Assembly (NCBI GenBank): GCA_964016885.1
Contig: OZ024745.1
Coordinates: 8,494,001 to 8,558,000 of the forward strand
Direction: 5' to 3'
DNA from: Eledone cirrhosa
Lineage: Eukaryota
Length of the DNA stretch: 64,000 nucleotides
The notes beneath the pieces were generated by a model, which was not told the DNA's origin, searched no databases, and worked only from the letters and a program-made list of their open reading frames with translations. Below, one piece after another: positions 10,882 to 24,800 of this stretch (positions are counted from its first letter, which is position 1; every line of letters starts with the position of its first letter). The translations under genes were made by a program, and so were the position numbers.

Positions 10882-11045
10882 GTGTGGATTGGCAGAATCG
10901 GTAGAGCGTCGGACATTATGATTTGCAGCGTTGAGTTACGGCCCTTTACGTTTTGAGTTCAAATCCCGCCGAGGTTAGCTTTACTTTCCACCTTTACGGG
11001 GTCGACAAATAAAGTACCAGTAAATTGTTGGCCATATGTCTAAAT
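10882..11045 (+). mobile_element. Diverged copy of the same SINE
   Basis: GTGGATTGGCAGAATCGGTAGAGCGTCGGAC...GAGTTCAAATCCCGCCGAGG...GGGGTCGACAAATAAAGTACCAG. Confidence 0.85.
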
Positions 11046-11052
11046 CAGATAA

Positions 11053-11515
11053 TGGTGGTGGGGTGATGGTGTTAGTGGTGGGGGGGGTTGTGGTGGTGAT
11101 GTTAGTGGTGGAAGTGGTAGTGGTGGAAGTAGTGGTGATGTAGTGGTGATGGTAGTTGTGGTGGTTGTGTTGTGGTGTTGGTGGTGGGGAGTGGTGGTGG
11201 TGAGGGCGGAAGTGGTGGTGGTGTTGTTTGTGGTGGTGGGGAAGTAGAAGAAGAAGAAGAAGAATCAAACATAACTCAACCCCAAAACTACTACCACCAC
11301 CAACCAACACCACCACTGCCAACGCCAACGTCACCACCACCACCACCACTACCAACTCCACCACCACCAACACCACCATCACCACCACCACCACCGCCGC
11401 GCCCACCACCACCACCACCACCACCGCCCCAACCATCAACTCCAACACCCACACCATCACCCCTACCGCCGTACTCACCCCCACCTCATCACCCCCATCC
11501 CCACCATCACCACCA
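11053..11515. repeat. Degenerate (GGT)n tract followed by a (CCA)n tract
   Basis: 11053-11240 is GGT-rich and 11290-11515 is CCA-rich. Confidence 0.85.
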
Positions 11516-11648
11516 ATATTGTCTAGTTAACACATATGTGTATATATAACTACAAGGGGAGGGGTAAGGCGGGGGGGGGGTTACTATTGCTACTCACAAC
11601 ATTTACACACTTATTGAGTACTTTCTTCTCTTGCTCATAAACTCAAAC

Positions 11649-11705
<57 letters not shown>

Positions 11706-11731
11706 TAGATAGATGTACGTTTATATTCGTT

Positions 11732-11739
<8 letters not shown>

Positions 11740-11765
<26 letters not shown>

Positions 11766-12223
11766 AGGAGGAGGATTTTGTGCGTTTGTGAGTGCATAGA
11801 GGGGGAGGATGTATGTGTGTGTGTGAAAGGGGGGGGGGTTGTGTGTGTGTATGTGTATGTGTGTGTGTGTGTGAAAAGAGGGAGGATTTATTTGTGTTTG
11901 TGTGTGTGTTTGTGTATGTGTATGTATGTGTGTGTGAAAAGAGGGAAGATTTATTTGTGTGTTTGTGTGTGTATGTGTGTATTTGTGTGTGTGTATGTGT
12001 GTGTTCGTGTATGTGTATGTGTATGTGTGTGAAAAGAGGGAAGATTTATTTGTGTTTGTGTGTGTGTGTGTGTGTGTTTGTGTATGTGTATGTATGTGTG
12101 TGTGAAAAGAGGGAAGATTTATTTGTGTGTGTATGTGTGTATCTGTGTGTGTGTATGTGTGTGTTTGTGTATGTGTATGTGTATGTGTGTGAAAAGAGGG
12201 AAGATTTATTTGTGTTTGTGTGT

Positions 12224-12276
<53 letters not shown>

Positions 12277-12842
12277 TGTATGTGTATGTGTATGTGTGTG
12301 AAAAGGGGGAAGATTTATGTGTGTTTGTGTGTGTTTGTGTATGTATGTGTGTGTGAAAAGAGGGAAGATTTATTTGTGTTTGTGTGTATGTGTGTGTGTG
12401 TTTGTGTATGTGTTTGTATGTGTGTGTGAAAAAAAGGGGGGGTTATTTGTGTGTTTGTGTGTGAGTGGGTGTATGTATGTGTGTGTGAAAAGGAGGGGGG
12501 GTATTTGTGTGTGTGTGTATGTGTATGTATGTGTGTGTGAAAAGAGGGAAGATTTATTTGTTTGTGTGTATGTGTGTGTGTGTTTGTGTATATGTATGTA
12601 TGTGTGTGAAAAGGGGGGGGGTATTTGTGTGTTTGTGTGTGTGTCGGTGTATGTATGTGTGTGTGAAAAGGAGGGGGTTCTTTGTGTGTGGGGGGTATGT
12701 GTGTGTGTGTGTGAAGGGGGGGGGGGGGATTTGTGTGTTTGTGTGTGTGGGGGTGTATGTATGTGTGTGTGAGGGGGGGGGGGGGGGGGGGGATTTGTGT
12801 GTTTGTGTATGTGTGTGTGTGTGAGGAGGGGGGGGGGGGGGT
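11740..12842. repeat. Compound minisatellite: GAAAAGAGGGAAGATTTATTT core separated by variable (GT)n/(GTAT)n
   Basis: Core recurs more than 10 times, degenerating to G-runs at both ends. Confidence 0.85.
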
Positions 12843-13126
12843 AATAGCCGAAGAAAAGAGTTTTTCACTGCAGTAAAAGAGGAATATGAAGTGGCTACAA
12901 AGGGATTCGAGACCGTCTTTAAAGGGATATTGCGCTGTCCTTAAGAAGATATCATTCTGTATTTGTGAAGATATCAAAGCAGCTTCTCATATCTTCAATG
13001 GCCGCTTTTCAAAGGAGTTTTAATTTGCAAAATGTCCAATAAACGCTGTTTTTCTTGCATTTTTCGTTCCGTGTTGTATAGAATCCTCATAAAGTTGTTG
13101 TTTTTATGTTTTTCCTAATCTCTTGC

Positions 13127-13127
<1 letters not shown>

Positions 13128-13169
<42 letters not shown>

Positions 13170-13378
13170 ATATGTGTGTGTGTTTGTATGTATACATGTA
13201 TATATACACACACACATATATATATACATATATATATATACACACATATATGTATATATATATACATATACATATATATATATATATATGTGTGTGTGCA
13301 TATGTATAGATATATATCTATATGTATATATATATATATATATGTATATATATCTATATCTATATGTATATATATATA

Positions 13379-13413
<35 letters not shown>

Positions 13414-13466
13414 ATGTATATATATATATATATATATATAAGTGTGTATATATATATATATGTACA

Positions 13467-13535
<69 letters not shown>

Positions 13536-14295
13536 ATGTGTGGTTTATTTCGCCTTTCTTCCTGTCTTTCCTTATTTTTCCTCTTAACATTTCTCTCCTT
13601 TCTTTCATTCCTTCGTTTTCTTTCAAATCTTTCTATTTTTAGCTTTTATGTTTTTATCTAATTTCCTTTCTCCTTCTCTTTCTTTCTTTCCTTCTCTCTT
13701 TCTTTCTTTCTCCCTTTCTTTCTTCCCCCTTTCTTTCTTTCTTTCTCGCTTTCTTCCCCCCCCCCCCCCCCTATAGCCAGGTAGGGAAGAAAGACAGTTG
13801 TTCTACTCGGTAACACTCGTATATTTATAAATACATTCCTAATGCATCTACACAATTACATATTGACTTACACACACATACACACATACACACATACACA
13901 CATATACACACACACATACACACACACACATACACACACACATACACACACACATACACACACACACATACACACACACACATACATGCACACACATACA
14001 CACATACACACACATATACACACACACACATATACACATACACACACACATACACACACACATACATACACACACGCACACATACACACACGCACACACA
14101 CACACACATATACACAAACACACACACACACATATATATACACACACATACACACACACACATGCACACACATATATATACACACACAAACACCACTTAT
14201 GTATGTGTGTATATGTGTATGTGTGTATAGGTCTATATGATATTAGCAATATTTATAAGTATTCACATATGAATGTGAATACTTATAAATATTGT

Positions 14296-14343
<48 letters not shown>

Positions 14344-14962
14344 ATATGGATATGGATGTATATGGTATGTACATCCATATGTTTATATATATATGCTTGT
14401 ACATCATTTTAACAAAGCCTTGTATACATTTTTGTATATATAAATACATATATTTTTGTGTGTCTGTGTATGTGTATGTATATGTGTGTATGTATGTGTA
14501 TGTCTGTATGTATGTGTATCTGTGTATCTATGTATGTACGTATGCATGTGTATATGTATGTACGTATGTTTGTATGTATGTATATATGTGTGTGTGAATG
14601 CATGCATGTATGTGTGTGTATATGTGTGTATGTGTGTATGTATGTATGTATGTATGTATGTATGTATGTATGTATGTATGTGTGTATATATGTGCGTGTA
14701 TGTGTGTGTATGTGTGTATATGTGCGTATGTATATATGTGTGTATGTATGTGTGTATATGTGTGTGTAAATTGGTTTTTATTTATTTATTTTCACAAAAT
14801 ATCAAAGAATAACTTGATGCCTTATGATCAGTTTGATAAGAAATACATAATTATACATACGTACATATACAGACATATATATATATATACAGATATACAT
14901 ATATTTACATGTACACATATACACACATATACACACATACATATATTGATACATATATATAC

Positions 14963-15005
<43 letters not shown>

Positions 15006-15187
15006 CATATATATACACATATATATATATGCATACATATACATTCATACATATATATATATACATACGTTACATATATATATACATATATATACATACA
15101 TATATATATACATATATATATATACATATATATATATATACATATGTATATATATATTCATACATATACATACACAAACAAACAAAC

Positions 15188-15241
<54 letters not shown>

Positions 15242-15265
15242 GTATCAATGTATATATTTATATTC

Positions 15266-15302
<37 letters not shown>

Positions 15303-15370
15303 CATTGATACACACACACACATGCATTTATATATATGTATATATAATTACATTGATACACACACACACA

Positions 15371-15431
<61 letters not shown>

Positions 15432-15790
15432 CATACCCCTTTCTACACACATCACACAGATGCAGGACTGTTATATACACATTACACAGGAGCTGTTCGG
15501 CTTTTGCATTCATGCCTTTGTAAGTGTGTATAAACATATTTCGCCTGAATACACAATTACCTGTACACCCTCATACACTTGCATACATACATCTATATTT
15601 ATTATGTAATACATACAGAAACACACACACATATATATGTGTACATGGTGAAGTGTAAATATATATATATGTGCATGATATATACACTTACAGTGTACCT
15701 GTATCTGTGTATATGTCTGTGTGATGTATTCACATATACATATAGGTAGGGAAGATTTTTCTGTACACAAAAACAGGCATACACACATGC

Positions 15791-15867
<77 letters not shown>

Positions 15868-15910
15868 GTGTATGTATGTATACATACATAGCTACATACA
15901 TACACACAAG
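13128..15910. repeat. Long (TA)n/(CA)n/(ATGT)n/(CTTT)n microsatellite region
   Basis: Direct inspection. Confidence 0.9.
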
Positions 15911-16129
15911 AACATATATCCCAGAAAGAACAAAGGAAACCGACATTCCCCTCCCAATCCGATTGATTAGTGGTAGGGGGGGGGGGGGTAAAGCATTTCA
16001 GTGAATCTCCCAGTTTCCTGGAATATACTTATGTACACAATACCATGTCTATATGACATACACAGATTGGTGTGATAAAGAAACATACACACCCATTACA
16101 GTACATTTAAGCAGGTATATATATACCTG

Positions 16130-16530
16130 CTTATATACACATCAACTCACTCATATACATACATCAACTCACTCATATACATACACATACTTATATATAC
16201 ACATCAACTCACTCATATACATACATCAACTCACTCATATACATACACATACTTATATATACACATCAACTCACTCATATACATACACATACTTATATAT
16301 ACACATTAACTCACTCATATACACACATCAACTCACTCATATACATACATACACATACTTATATACACACATCAACTCACTCATATATACACATCAACTC
16401 ACTCATATACACACATCAACTCACTCATATACATACATACACATACTTATATACACACATTAACTCACTCATATACACACATCATTTATATACATACACA
16501 TACCTACTTATTACACACATTAACTCCTAT
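16130..16530. repeat. Minisatellite of ACATCAACTCACTCATATAC / ACACATACTTATATAC units
   Basis: More than 10 copies of CATCAACTCACTCATATA. Confidence 0.9.
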
Positions 16531-16704
16531 ATTTACAAATCACTGGAAATATAATTTTTTTTATTGGCCGACATCAATACTTCGAACAACTTAAATAAAT
16601 CTCAAGAAAAATGCAAATTGATTCATAGACACATGTAGATATACCTACATGTGTGTATGTATGTGTGTATGTATGTGTGTATGTATGTATGTGCGTATGT
16701 ATGT

Positions 16705-17084
16705 TGTGGACTAATGCTCGTTAAATCTGGCTACGTCATTTAAAATCACATGAAAGACCAACTGTATGCAGCTCTATCCCTCCAATGCTAGGTGAGACAA
16801 TTTGTGTGATGCGCAGAAAAATCTGCAAATCAATTTCTGGTCTTAAAAGGCATATGAGGGTACATAAGGATGACATCCAACAAACTGACCCAATCAATCC
16901 AATAGAGGGCACATTTTTGTCTGTCACATTTTCTGCAGACCATGCAAATCTAATGCTGGACTTAAAAGTCACCTAAGAAGCCATGAACGGAGAATTTGGA
17001 GTTGGTGACGGTTGATGGGGGTGCATAGGGAGTCGGCAATAATCTGCAAAGATGAAGCAATCATCATGTATGTATGTATGTATG
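16705..17084 (+). mobile_element. 5'-truncated RTE LINE 3' end (C2H2 zinc-finger remnants plus (ATGT)n tail)
   Basis: ICKSISGLKRHMRVH and CHIFCRPCKSNAGLKSHLRSH resemble the fingers at 39730-40027; ends ATCATC(ATGT)n. Confidence 0.75.
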
Positions 17085-17183
17085 TTCTTCTGGTTTTATT
17101 ATTTCACAAAGTTTTACGAATAGAAAGAGAGTCGGTTTCTAACATAGACACAAGACTCTCTCATTGGAATTTACACATCAACT
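17085..17183 (-). mobile_element. Short 3'-end fragment of an unidentified retroelement inserted in (ATGT)n
   Basis: Minus strand ends ...AATAAAACCAGAAGAAC(ATAC)n; ATGT repeats on both sides. Confidence 0.45.
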
Positions 17184-17268
17184 ATGTATGTATGTATGTA
17201 TGTATGTATGTATGTATGTATGTATGTATGTATGTATGTATGTATGTATGTATGTATGTATGTATGTA

Positions 17269-17465
17269 TTGTCGTCACATGGTACCATAGGCCTGGCACT
17301 ATGTGTCAATAATTGTCACAAGTGCAGTGTTTGTACCAGAGTTTTCAAGTCGCTGGCTGGACTAAAAAGTCACACTTGTTCAGCGCATCGGTAGGGGTTC
17401 TCCTACATGGATATGAAGTAGTGGCCGTACTCGAAAACGAGTTGGCAGCCACCATGTATGTATGT
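17269..17465 (+). mobile_element. RTE LINE 3' end fragment (one C2H2 finger plus tail)
   Basis: HKCSVCTRVFKSLAGLKSH; terminal GGCCGTACTCGAAAACGAGTTGGCAGCCACC(ATGT)n matches the RTE end at 40200-40242. Confidence 0.8.
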
Positions 17466-18060
17466 CATGGTCGGGTCATTGGAGACTAAACTGGCAATCC
17501 CTCCAAGGTTTCTTGGTGAGGGGGGTGACTTTGGACATCCTGCAGGACTAAAAACAAAACCTGTCAAAAGGCAAAGGAGCTCTTAAGAGTCAATGGTCAT
17601 CCAAAATCACTGGGAGAGATGACCCCTTAGCCTTTGTCAAGGTAGAATTCTAGGAGAAGGAAAACTCTGATATAACACCTGCAACCCTGATGGTATCCAA
17701 TGATGTTGACTTGTTCTTCTTTTTGGTAAATATCATCTTGGTTAAGAGTGTGGGACTGGCTTTGTGCAGTGCCTTTGCTCACTATAAAAGCTTCACGGCA
17801 CAGGCATGGCTTTATATCTGGAGATCTCTCTGCACTTGTCGTCACATGGTACCATGGGCCCAGCACTATGTGTCAATAATTGTCACAAGTGTAGTGTTTG
17901 TACCAGAGTTTTCAAGTCGCTGGCTGGACTAAAAAGTCACACTCGTTCAGCGCATCGGTAGGGGTTCTCCTACATGGATATAAAGTAGTGGCCGTACTCG
18001 AAAACGAGTTGGCAGCCACCATGTATGTATGTATGTGTGCATGTATGTATGTATGTATGT
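17466..18060 (+). mobile_element. Probable internally deleted RTE: 5'UTR-like segment fused to the RTE 3' end
   Basis: CTAGGAGAAGGAAAACTCTGA resembles RTE-clade 5'UTRs (from memory); 17837-18025 is nearly identical to 17269-17455; ends in (ATGT)n. Confidence 0.6.
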
Positions 18061-18978
18061 TTCTCTTTCTCTTAATTTCGAGTACATTTTTGACCGGCCA
18101 CCTTCCTGGAGGCAAGGTTGTAAAAGAAAAGAAATTGTCATCCCTTGAATCGCAAGAATGTTTTGCAAATTTTGAAGGTACCAGCTATCGCAGCCATTTG
18201 TAGACTATGAATTAGGGAGTTGCGTTCTTTGTCAACAAATCCAAGTTCAGTCATACTTTTGTCCAAGCGGGTTGGTATATAACCTGTAGCTCCAATAATG
18301 GTGGGCATGAAGCTGAAGGTGTATCTTGGATACTGGATCTGCAAACTCCTCATCAATGGTCCGTAGATATCCTCCTTCTCTTGTATTTTTCTTAGTGTTT
18401 ACATCAAGTGGGCAGCTTATCTCTACAACAGAGCACGTTTTCAATGTGTGGTCCCAAACAACAACATCAGGCCGGTCGTGCTTTAATTTCGTGGCAGTTT
18501 TTATTTTCAGGTTCCACCAGTATTTCTTAGTGCCATCTGTCTCAACATATTCCTCCTCATTTGTTTTTAATTTTGTTTTCCTAAGTGCACTCCAGATGGT
18601 TCTAGCTATCACATCGTGTTTCATAGGGAGGTAGTAACGAGACGACATTCTTTCGCAGGTGGCAACAATGTGGCTAACATCTTTGATCTTTATTTTACAT
18701 AGCCTACATTTATTGTTGACTGACGGCCCTCCTCTTTTGTGTAGCAGATATTTGGTAGGGATTTCTTGTTCCTATATTGCATAGAGATATCCTTCAGGGT
18801 GGGATGTCATAAACTTGTCGCAATTTCATGCCAGGCTTTTTGAATGATTTATCCCCTCCATGGTCTGTGTTTTTCGACTGAGGTACCCATGCACAACTTT
18901 CTTTGTAAATTGGTTCATTTTTTAAATCTTGTTCGAGCATTGAATATTATCTTCCAATGGCCCTGGGGGAGAGATTTA
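18061..18978 (-). mobile_element. 5'-truncated R4/Dong-like RLE non-LTR retrotransposon
   Basis: CCHC knuckle and KHDRPDVVVWD..VVEISCP..N (PD-(D/E)XK RLE); homologous to 40243-41165; flanked by (ATGT)n on both sides. Confidence 0.9.
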
Positions 18979-19199
18979 TGTATGTATGTATGTATCAGTA
19001 ATGACGGTAATATATATATATATATATGTGTGTGTGTAAGTGAGTAGCGTGTGTGTGTTTGTTTGTATGTATGAATGTTGGTGTGTGCGCGTGTATGTAT
19101 GTGTGTGTGTGCGCGCGTGTGTGTATGTCGTACGTATAAGTGAGTTTTTTTTGTTTTCTTTTTTATTTTATGCGCGGGGACATAGAAATAGTCGGGCTG

Positions 19200-19452
19200 G
19201 ATACCCGATCGCGCAGTTAAACCACTGGGAATGAAGAACCCCTAGCCCTTGTCAGGGCATTCTTCTAGGAGAAGGCATCTCAGGAAACTGGGTTAACTCC
19301 GATATAAAACCTGCGGCTCAGTAGTTACTGATGATGTTGATCTTTTCTTCTTTTCGGGTTATAGCTACTGTCGCTCAGAGAGTGGGATTGGCTCAGTGCA
19401 CAGTCTTTCCTCACTTTAAAAATATTCGTCACGCACAGGCATTGCACGATTG
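19200..19452 (+). mobile_element. RTE 5'UTR-like fragment
   Basis: Homologous to 17605-17810 (TAGCC.TTGTCA.GG...TTCTAGGAGAAGG...AACTC.GATATAA.ACCTGC...GATGTTGA...GTGGGA.TGGCT...GCACAGGCAT). Confidence 0.55.
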
Positions 19453-19454
19453 CA

Positions 19455-19633
19455 TGGCAGTATCGGTAGAGGGCTGGACGCCATGCTTTCTAGCATAGTT
19501 ACGTCCCTTTACAGTCTGAGTTCAAATCCCGCCGCGGTTAACTTTGCCTTTCATCCTTACGTGGTCGATAAAATAAAGTACCAGTAATGCACTGGTTAAT
19601 TGCTGGCCTTGTGCCAAAAGTAGAAACAATTAC
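19455..19633 (+). mobile_element. tRNA-derived SINE (same family as 10651-10830)
   Basis: A box TGGCAGTATCGG, B box GAGTTCAAATC, core and tail; the tail abuts Tx1 copy 1. Confidence 0.9.
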
Positions 19634-19809
19634 TTTTTTTTTTCAACGTTTTACCTCGTTTTCAACCGTTCTAAACCTTTTATTTTAAATTTGATAAAAG
19701 TTTAGAAGAAGTGACCCACCTAATACAGGGGTTCACTCGTAAATAATACGGCACCCCTTTACGGGGTGTCGTACTTGTGTAAAAATATTTTTTGAAAAAA
19801 AATTTCAAC

Positions 19810-21825
19810 ATGGATAAGACAAGAATACAGAGAGAGGGAGACTTTGTCAGCATGTCAACGGAGCTAAATATAAACGAAAATATTACGAAGGAAAAGAGGA
19901 ACAATATCATTTTGAATGATATTGTTACAGATTTAAAATTACGAAATATTTCTAACACAAACAACACCAACAATAACACCAACAACAACACCATCAATAA
20001 CAGCAGCAACAACAAAAATAACAGCGGTAAAGTCGAGAGCGGCAATAACAATGACAATAACAACAGCCACAACAACAATAATAGTAGGAACAGTATCAAC
20101 AAAAACAACAATAATAACAACAGCCACAATAACAGTAACAACAACAACAGTATCAACGAAAACAACAACAACAACAGCAACAACAGTACCAACGAAAACA
20201 TCAACAATGACATCGATACCTGTAACAGCGATCTCAGCACCACCAGTAAGACGAATAGCGGCAGCAATAGTGGTGCTGCTGAAAAAGGGACCACTTCTTT
20301 TGCAGGTGTCGCCCAAAATATCGAAACATTGTTAGTCACAGAGGAGGAGATGGCAGTCGCAAGGGCCATGGTGACAAGAAGCGCCAATAGAGTCTCCCTG
20401 AAACCTCCACCAACATTTTTCAAGGACCAGCAGCTACGGACGGTGACTTACCGCACCGTAAGCAAAATTTCACATCGGATGGAGAGAGCCACGGAGGCTC
20501 AAATCCAAAAGGCCTTGGGGTGCGTCTGGGCACGCAAAACCCACATCACCCGAGGCAGAAAGTACACCACAGTAGACGTACTCCCCCCCCCCCCCCAAGA
20601 AGCGAAGTCTCATTCTTTGGAAACCCTAAAGAGTGAGGAGATAGTCTTGGTGCCCTCCTACTACGGGCAGAAAATTATGAGGGTCAAAGTGACCCAGGTC
20701 CCACTCGACGTGCCCATACCTTGGCTGGCCGCGTCTGTCCTTGCTGGAATCGAGGATAGGACGACCATGCTGCAAGTAGAGAAAATAGGGAGAGAGAACT
20801 AGTCAGGTATAGGCATGCAAATGCTTATACGAACTGACCAGGAATGTATCGACGCTATCCCCGATATCATAGACGTCGAGGAAGGACTCCAACTCCCTAT
20901 AAGCGTAGAAGGAAGACGGCCAAAATGTTATCTCTGTGGGTCAAAGGGTCACCTCAGGGCCTTTTGCCTGCAGAAGACAGCGAAGAAGAAGGCTTCTCTA
21001 CTTCCAATACCTGGTCCACTGCTACCAAGAGCAGGGCAGGCAACAAACGCAGAATCCCCTTCCACGGTGAGTAGGAGGGCAACGTCCGTGGCACCCGTAC
21101 CAAGGCCACGGACAACTAAAGCAGCAGCATCAGTGGCGGCAACACCAATAGCTACATTTGCAGTAGCTGCACCAGCAACAAAATTGCCGCAGAGGGCTCC
21201 ACTACCACCACCAACAGCCGTGGAGCACATACCCCTTCCAGACGCCACGGAATCCGACATGGAGTTTGAGGCGGGAGTGAAGTGGCAAATGGTCTGCCAC
21301 AAAAAAGAAAAAAGAAAAAACCCTTAGCTTCGCCCTCCAAAAGCGAAGGCACACAAAGAGGGGTAAAGGCAGCAAGGAAACTTGCAGCAACACCACCAGC
21401 ATCACCATCACCACCACAAGCACCACCGCCAATAACAACCACACCACCACCAGCATCACCAAAAACACCAACAGCGCAAACAAAACAAAACACACACACC
21501 AAACAGCAACAAGAAGAAAACAGCAACAAAATCACCCCTCCCCCAAAAACATGGCAAAAAAAGAACTCATACAATATATAAAGCAGCACACAGACATTAC
21601 AGAAAAAAACTACTACACCCCACCAACACCAAGAACTTTCCCGACAAAAATAAGCATCATTGAAATCTCAATAGAACAGTACAAACCTTAAAAACAAAAA
21701 TTCCCCAACGCAGTTGGAGACTTCAGAGAGTCGGTTACCAAGAGGATATACTGACATCCTCTTGGAAACACCCATGACCAGCCAAAGGAAGGTTCTACTG
21801 TCCCTTCACCACACGGTCAAGGTAA
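19810..21825 (+). pseudogene. Tx1 copy 1 ORF1 (gag-like, poly-Asn N-terminus, CX2CX4HX4C knuckle)
   Basis: RPKCYLCGSKGHLRAFC; in-frame stop at ~20800 and frameshift(s) from ~21320. Confidence 0.8.
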
Positions 21826-21861
21826 GTGACCCTTTCTCACTTGCCCCGTTTCTCATCCAAC

Positions 21862-24800
21862 ATGGCCGTACTCAGAATAGGCAGTATAAATGCACGTGGC
21901 CTGGGGTCATCTTGGAAGCAGGGTCACCTGCTCAACGATCTCAGGTCACTAAACATAGATGTGGTGGCCATCAGCGAGACCAGAATCTTCGGAGCACAAG
22001 CCTTCGCACCGATCTTCGGCGGCTACGATGTATACGCATCTCCTAGCCGTCCAGAATTGGGGGAGGGGTTGCCGTCCTTTTTCGGAGAGGCTTGGATCTC
22101 GCCATACGGGCCATCTTCCTAGACCCAGAAGGTAAGTCGGTGATGCTAGACGTGACCGGCAGCGAAGGCAATGCTTTCAGGCTAGTAGCCGTCTACGCCT
22201 CAACAGGGGCAGGACGGCCAGCTTTCTTCAGACGTCTAGAGACCTTTCTTGGAACGTCCCGCTCTTTAGTGTTAGTGGGCGACTGGAACGGTATCTTGGA
22301 TGCACGCTGCGATTGTGTGGGGCTAGTGGATAGGGAGGAGGGTGCAAGAGCCTCACCAACCTGCTCAGACGTTTTGACCTGTCTGACAGGTTTCGACTGG
22401 ATCACCCGAATGTGCCAATGTGGACATGGACAAACCGCACCGGGTCATCCAGATCGTATCTCGATAGGGTATTCTGCAGAGAACTAGATAAGGCTAGTAT
22501 AAGTTGTCCACAATTTAAAATAGTCGACTACACAGACCACAAATTTGTGATCTGTGAGATCGACATAGACAGACTTCATAGACAAGGGCCTGGTTACTGG
22601 AAGCTGAACGCGTATTTCCCGGCGCGCAAAGCCTACAGAGACCGGATTAGCGTATTAGTTAAGCGGGCGTTGACGGGAGCGGTCGTCAACAACAGGTGGT
22701 GGTTCGCCCCGAAAAGGGCAATTAAAGTAGAGTCGATTAGGTTTAGCAAAGGAGTAGTGATAGAGGAAAATAGAGTAGAGGGAGAGCTAGTCAGAAAGCT
22801 AGAAGAGGCATTTAGGACAGGCATCGCAACCGACGTGCTTGCGGTGAGATTGGCACTCGACCAATTCTTCAACGCAAAACACGAAGGCTGCCTTGTCAGA
22901 GCTAGAGCGCGTGCTCTGAAACACGAGGGGACAAAAGCCGTCCAATGGTCCCGGGTGGCAGAGGCGCGACGTGGCAACAAAGCCACAATTCGGTCTGACC
23001 AAAACGGGTGCGTGATGCTCGAGCCCGAGCGGATGTGTGAAGCTTTTCAGCAGCACTTTGCTGAACTGTTCGGGAGCAGCGGCGGCTTGGATCGGGGCAT
23101 GGACCTCAGTGCATACCTCGACGGACTGCCTCGGCTCTCGACGACCGCAGCACAGTGTTGCGAAAAGCCAATAACAGCCGGTGAAATACGGGAAGCGATG
23201 GCTAACTGCACAAGGGGTAAATCACCAGGTTTGGATGGTCTGCCCTACGAGCTTTATGCATTTATGCCAGACTTGTTCGGTGACCTCTTGGCAGACGTCT
23301 ACTGCAACTGGCAGCAGAACGGGAGCATTCCCAGTTTTGTGAGCCGGGGAGCAGTGGCGCTGCTGAGAAAAGACCCGAACAAGGGGGATGTTATCGATAA
23401 TTTCAGGCCCATAACCCTGCTAAACGCAGAGTTCAAGATTTTGGCCAAGGTGTTAGCAACGAGGTTGGCACTTGTCGTCAAGGGTCTGGTGGGAGAGGCG
23501 CAGCCATGCGCCATTCCGGACAGATCCATACACGACAACCTCCACCTCATGCGATACATGATAGAGAGGGTGGTTAAGGAACCTGGCACGGGTGGGGCCG
23601 TGATCAACTTGGATCAATCCAAAGCATTCGATAGGTTCGACCATCGGTACCTGGCGGCGGTTCTCGAGGCAGCCGGTTTCGGGCCCGTTTTCAGGGGTTG
23701 GATCGCAGCAATGTACAGCGACATCTGCTCAGTTGTGAGGGTGAACGGTCACCTGTCGCAGCCGTTCAGCATCATGCGCTCAGTCCGCCAGAGTTGTCCC
23801 CTCTCGTCCCTCTTGTACGTATTGGCTCTCGAGCCGTTACTGCACAAACTGGGGGCGATGAGGGGCGTCCCACGCGAACTAGTATGCGGGATATCCGAGT
23901 CGGCTTACGCTGACGACGTCACCGTGGTGGTGTCGAGCACCAGACACGTCCAGATGCTCGGTACCGCTCTCAAGGAATACAAAGCGGTGACAGGAGCAAA
24001 GATAAACCAGGAAAAGTCGGTGGGCTTGCAGCTCGGCACCTGGAGAGGCAAGTCCATGCCGTCCGACAACGTCGTGGGGCGTTGGACGGACGGACCGGTT
24101 AAATTGCTCGGGGTCTGGTTCGGACCGGACCTCCAGATGGAGAAAAACTGGAACGAAGTGACGAGCAGGATGGCCTCCTTCACCCAGAAATGGGCCGAGA
24201 GGAAGCTGTCCCTGAAAGGCCGGGCGGAGGTGGCGAATGCGTACATCGCATCCGTCATCTGCTACCGCCTCACCGTCGTCCCTTGCTCCAGCTCAACTCT
24301 CACCAAAATGGAGCGCCTCCTCTTCCGCTTTTTGTGGAAGGGACGCGCTCCCATGGTCAGACGATCCATCTGCTGTCAACACCCGTTGTGTGGAGGACTG
24401 GGCATGCCATGGCTGATGATGCGCAAACATGCGCTGAGGCTGCGACATCTCTGCTGCTTCCTTGGCGGTGAACAGGTGTGGTCGCCGTTCGCCAGGCACG
24501 TTTTCCCACAGCTCGTCTCCTTGACGGAGCTGAAGTCCTGGGTCAGAAAATGACCGAGGGATAGCGCTTGGAAACTAGAATGTAACCAGGCGCTCACTGC
24601 CCTCTGCCAGCTGGACACCAGTATCGGTGGAACATCCACCTCGGCGTTCTATAGAGGACTAGTGGAGGGGAAGAGCGACGACATTCTCGGAGAGATCCTG
24701 GGCGTCGAAGAAGATCGGCTGTTTGTTCTCTTCCGGAGAACTTTCAGCCCAAGGCCTATGGATAACTTCCAAAAATCCCTGGCCTGGCAGTGCTACCGGG

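Noticed and set aside
11053-11515. GGT and CCA tracts as a functional long hairpin
   Set aside because: Complementarity is only low-complexity, with no register-specific pairing.
12843-13110. Unique-looking island that might be a host exon
   Set aside because: The candidate frame after CTGCAG hits a stop; no recognisable protein or convincing splice pair.
6976-16463. Low-complexity ORFs ([12 protein letters not shown], poly-Pro/Thr)
   Set aside because: Readouts of di-, tri- and tetranucleotide microsatellites.
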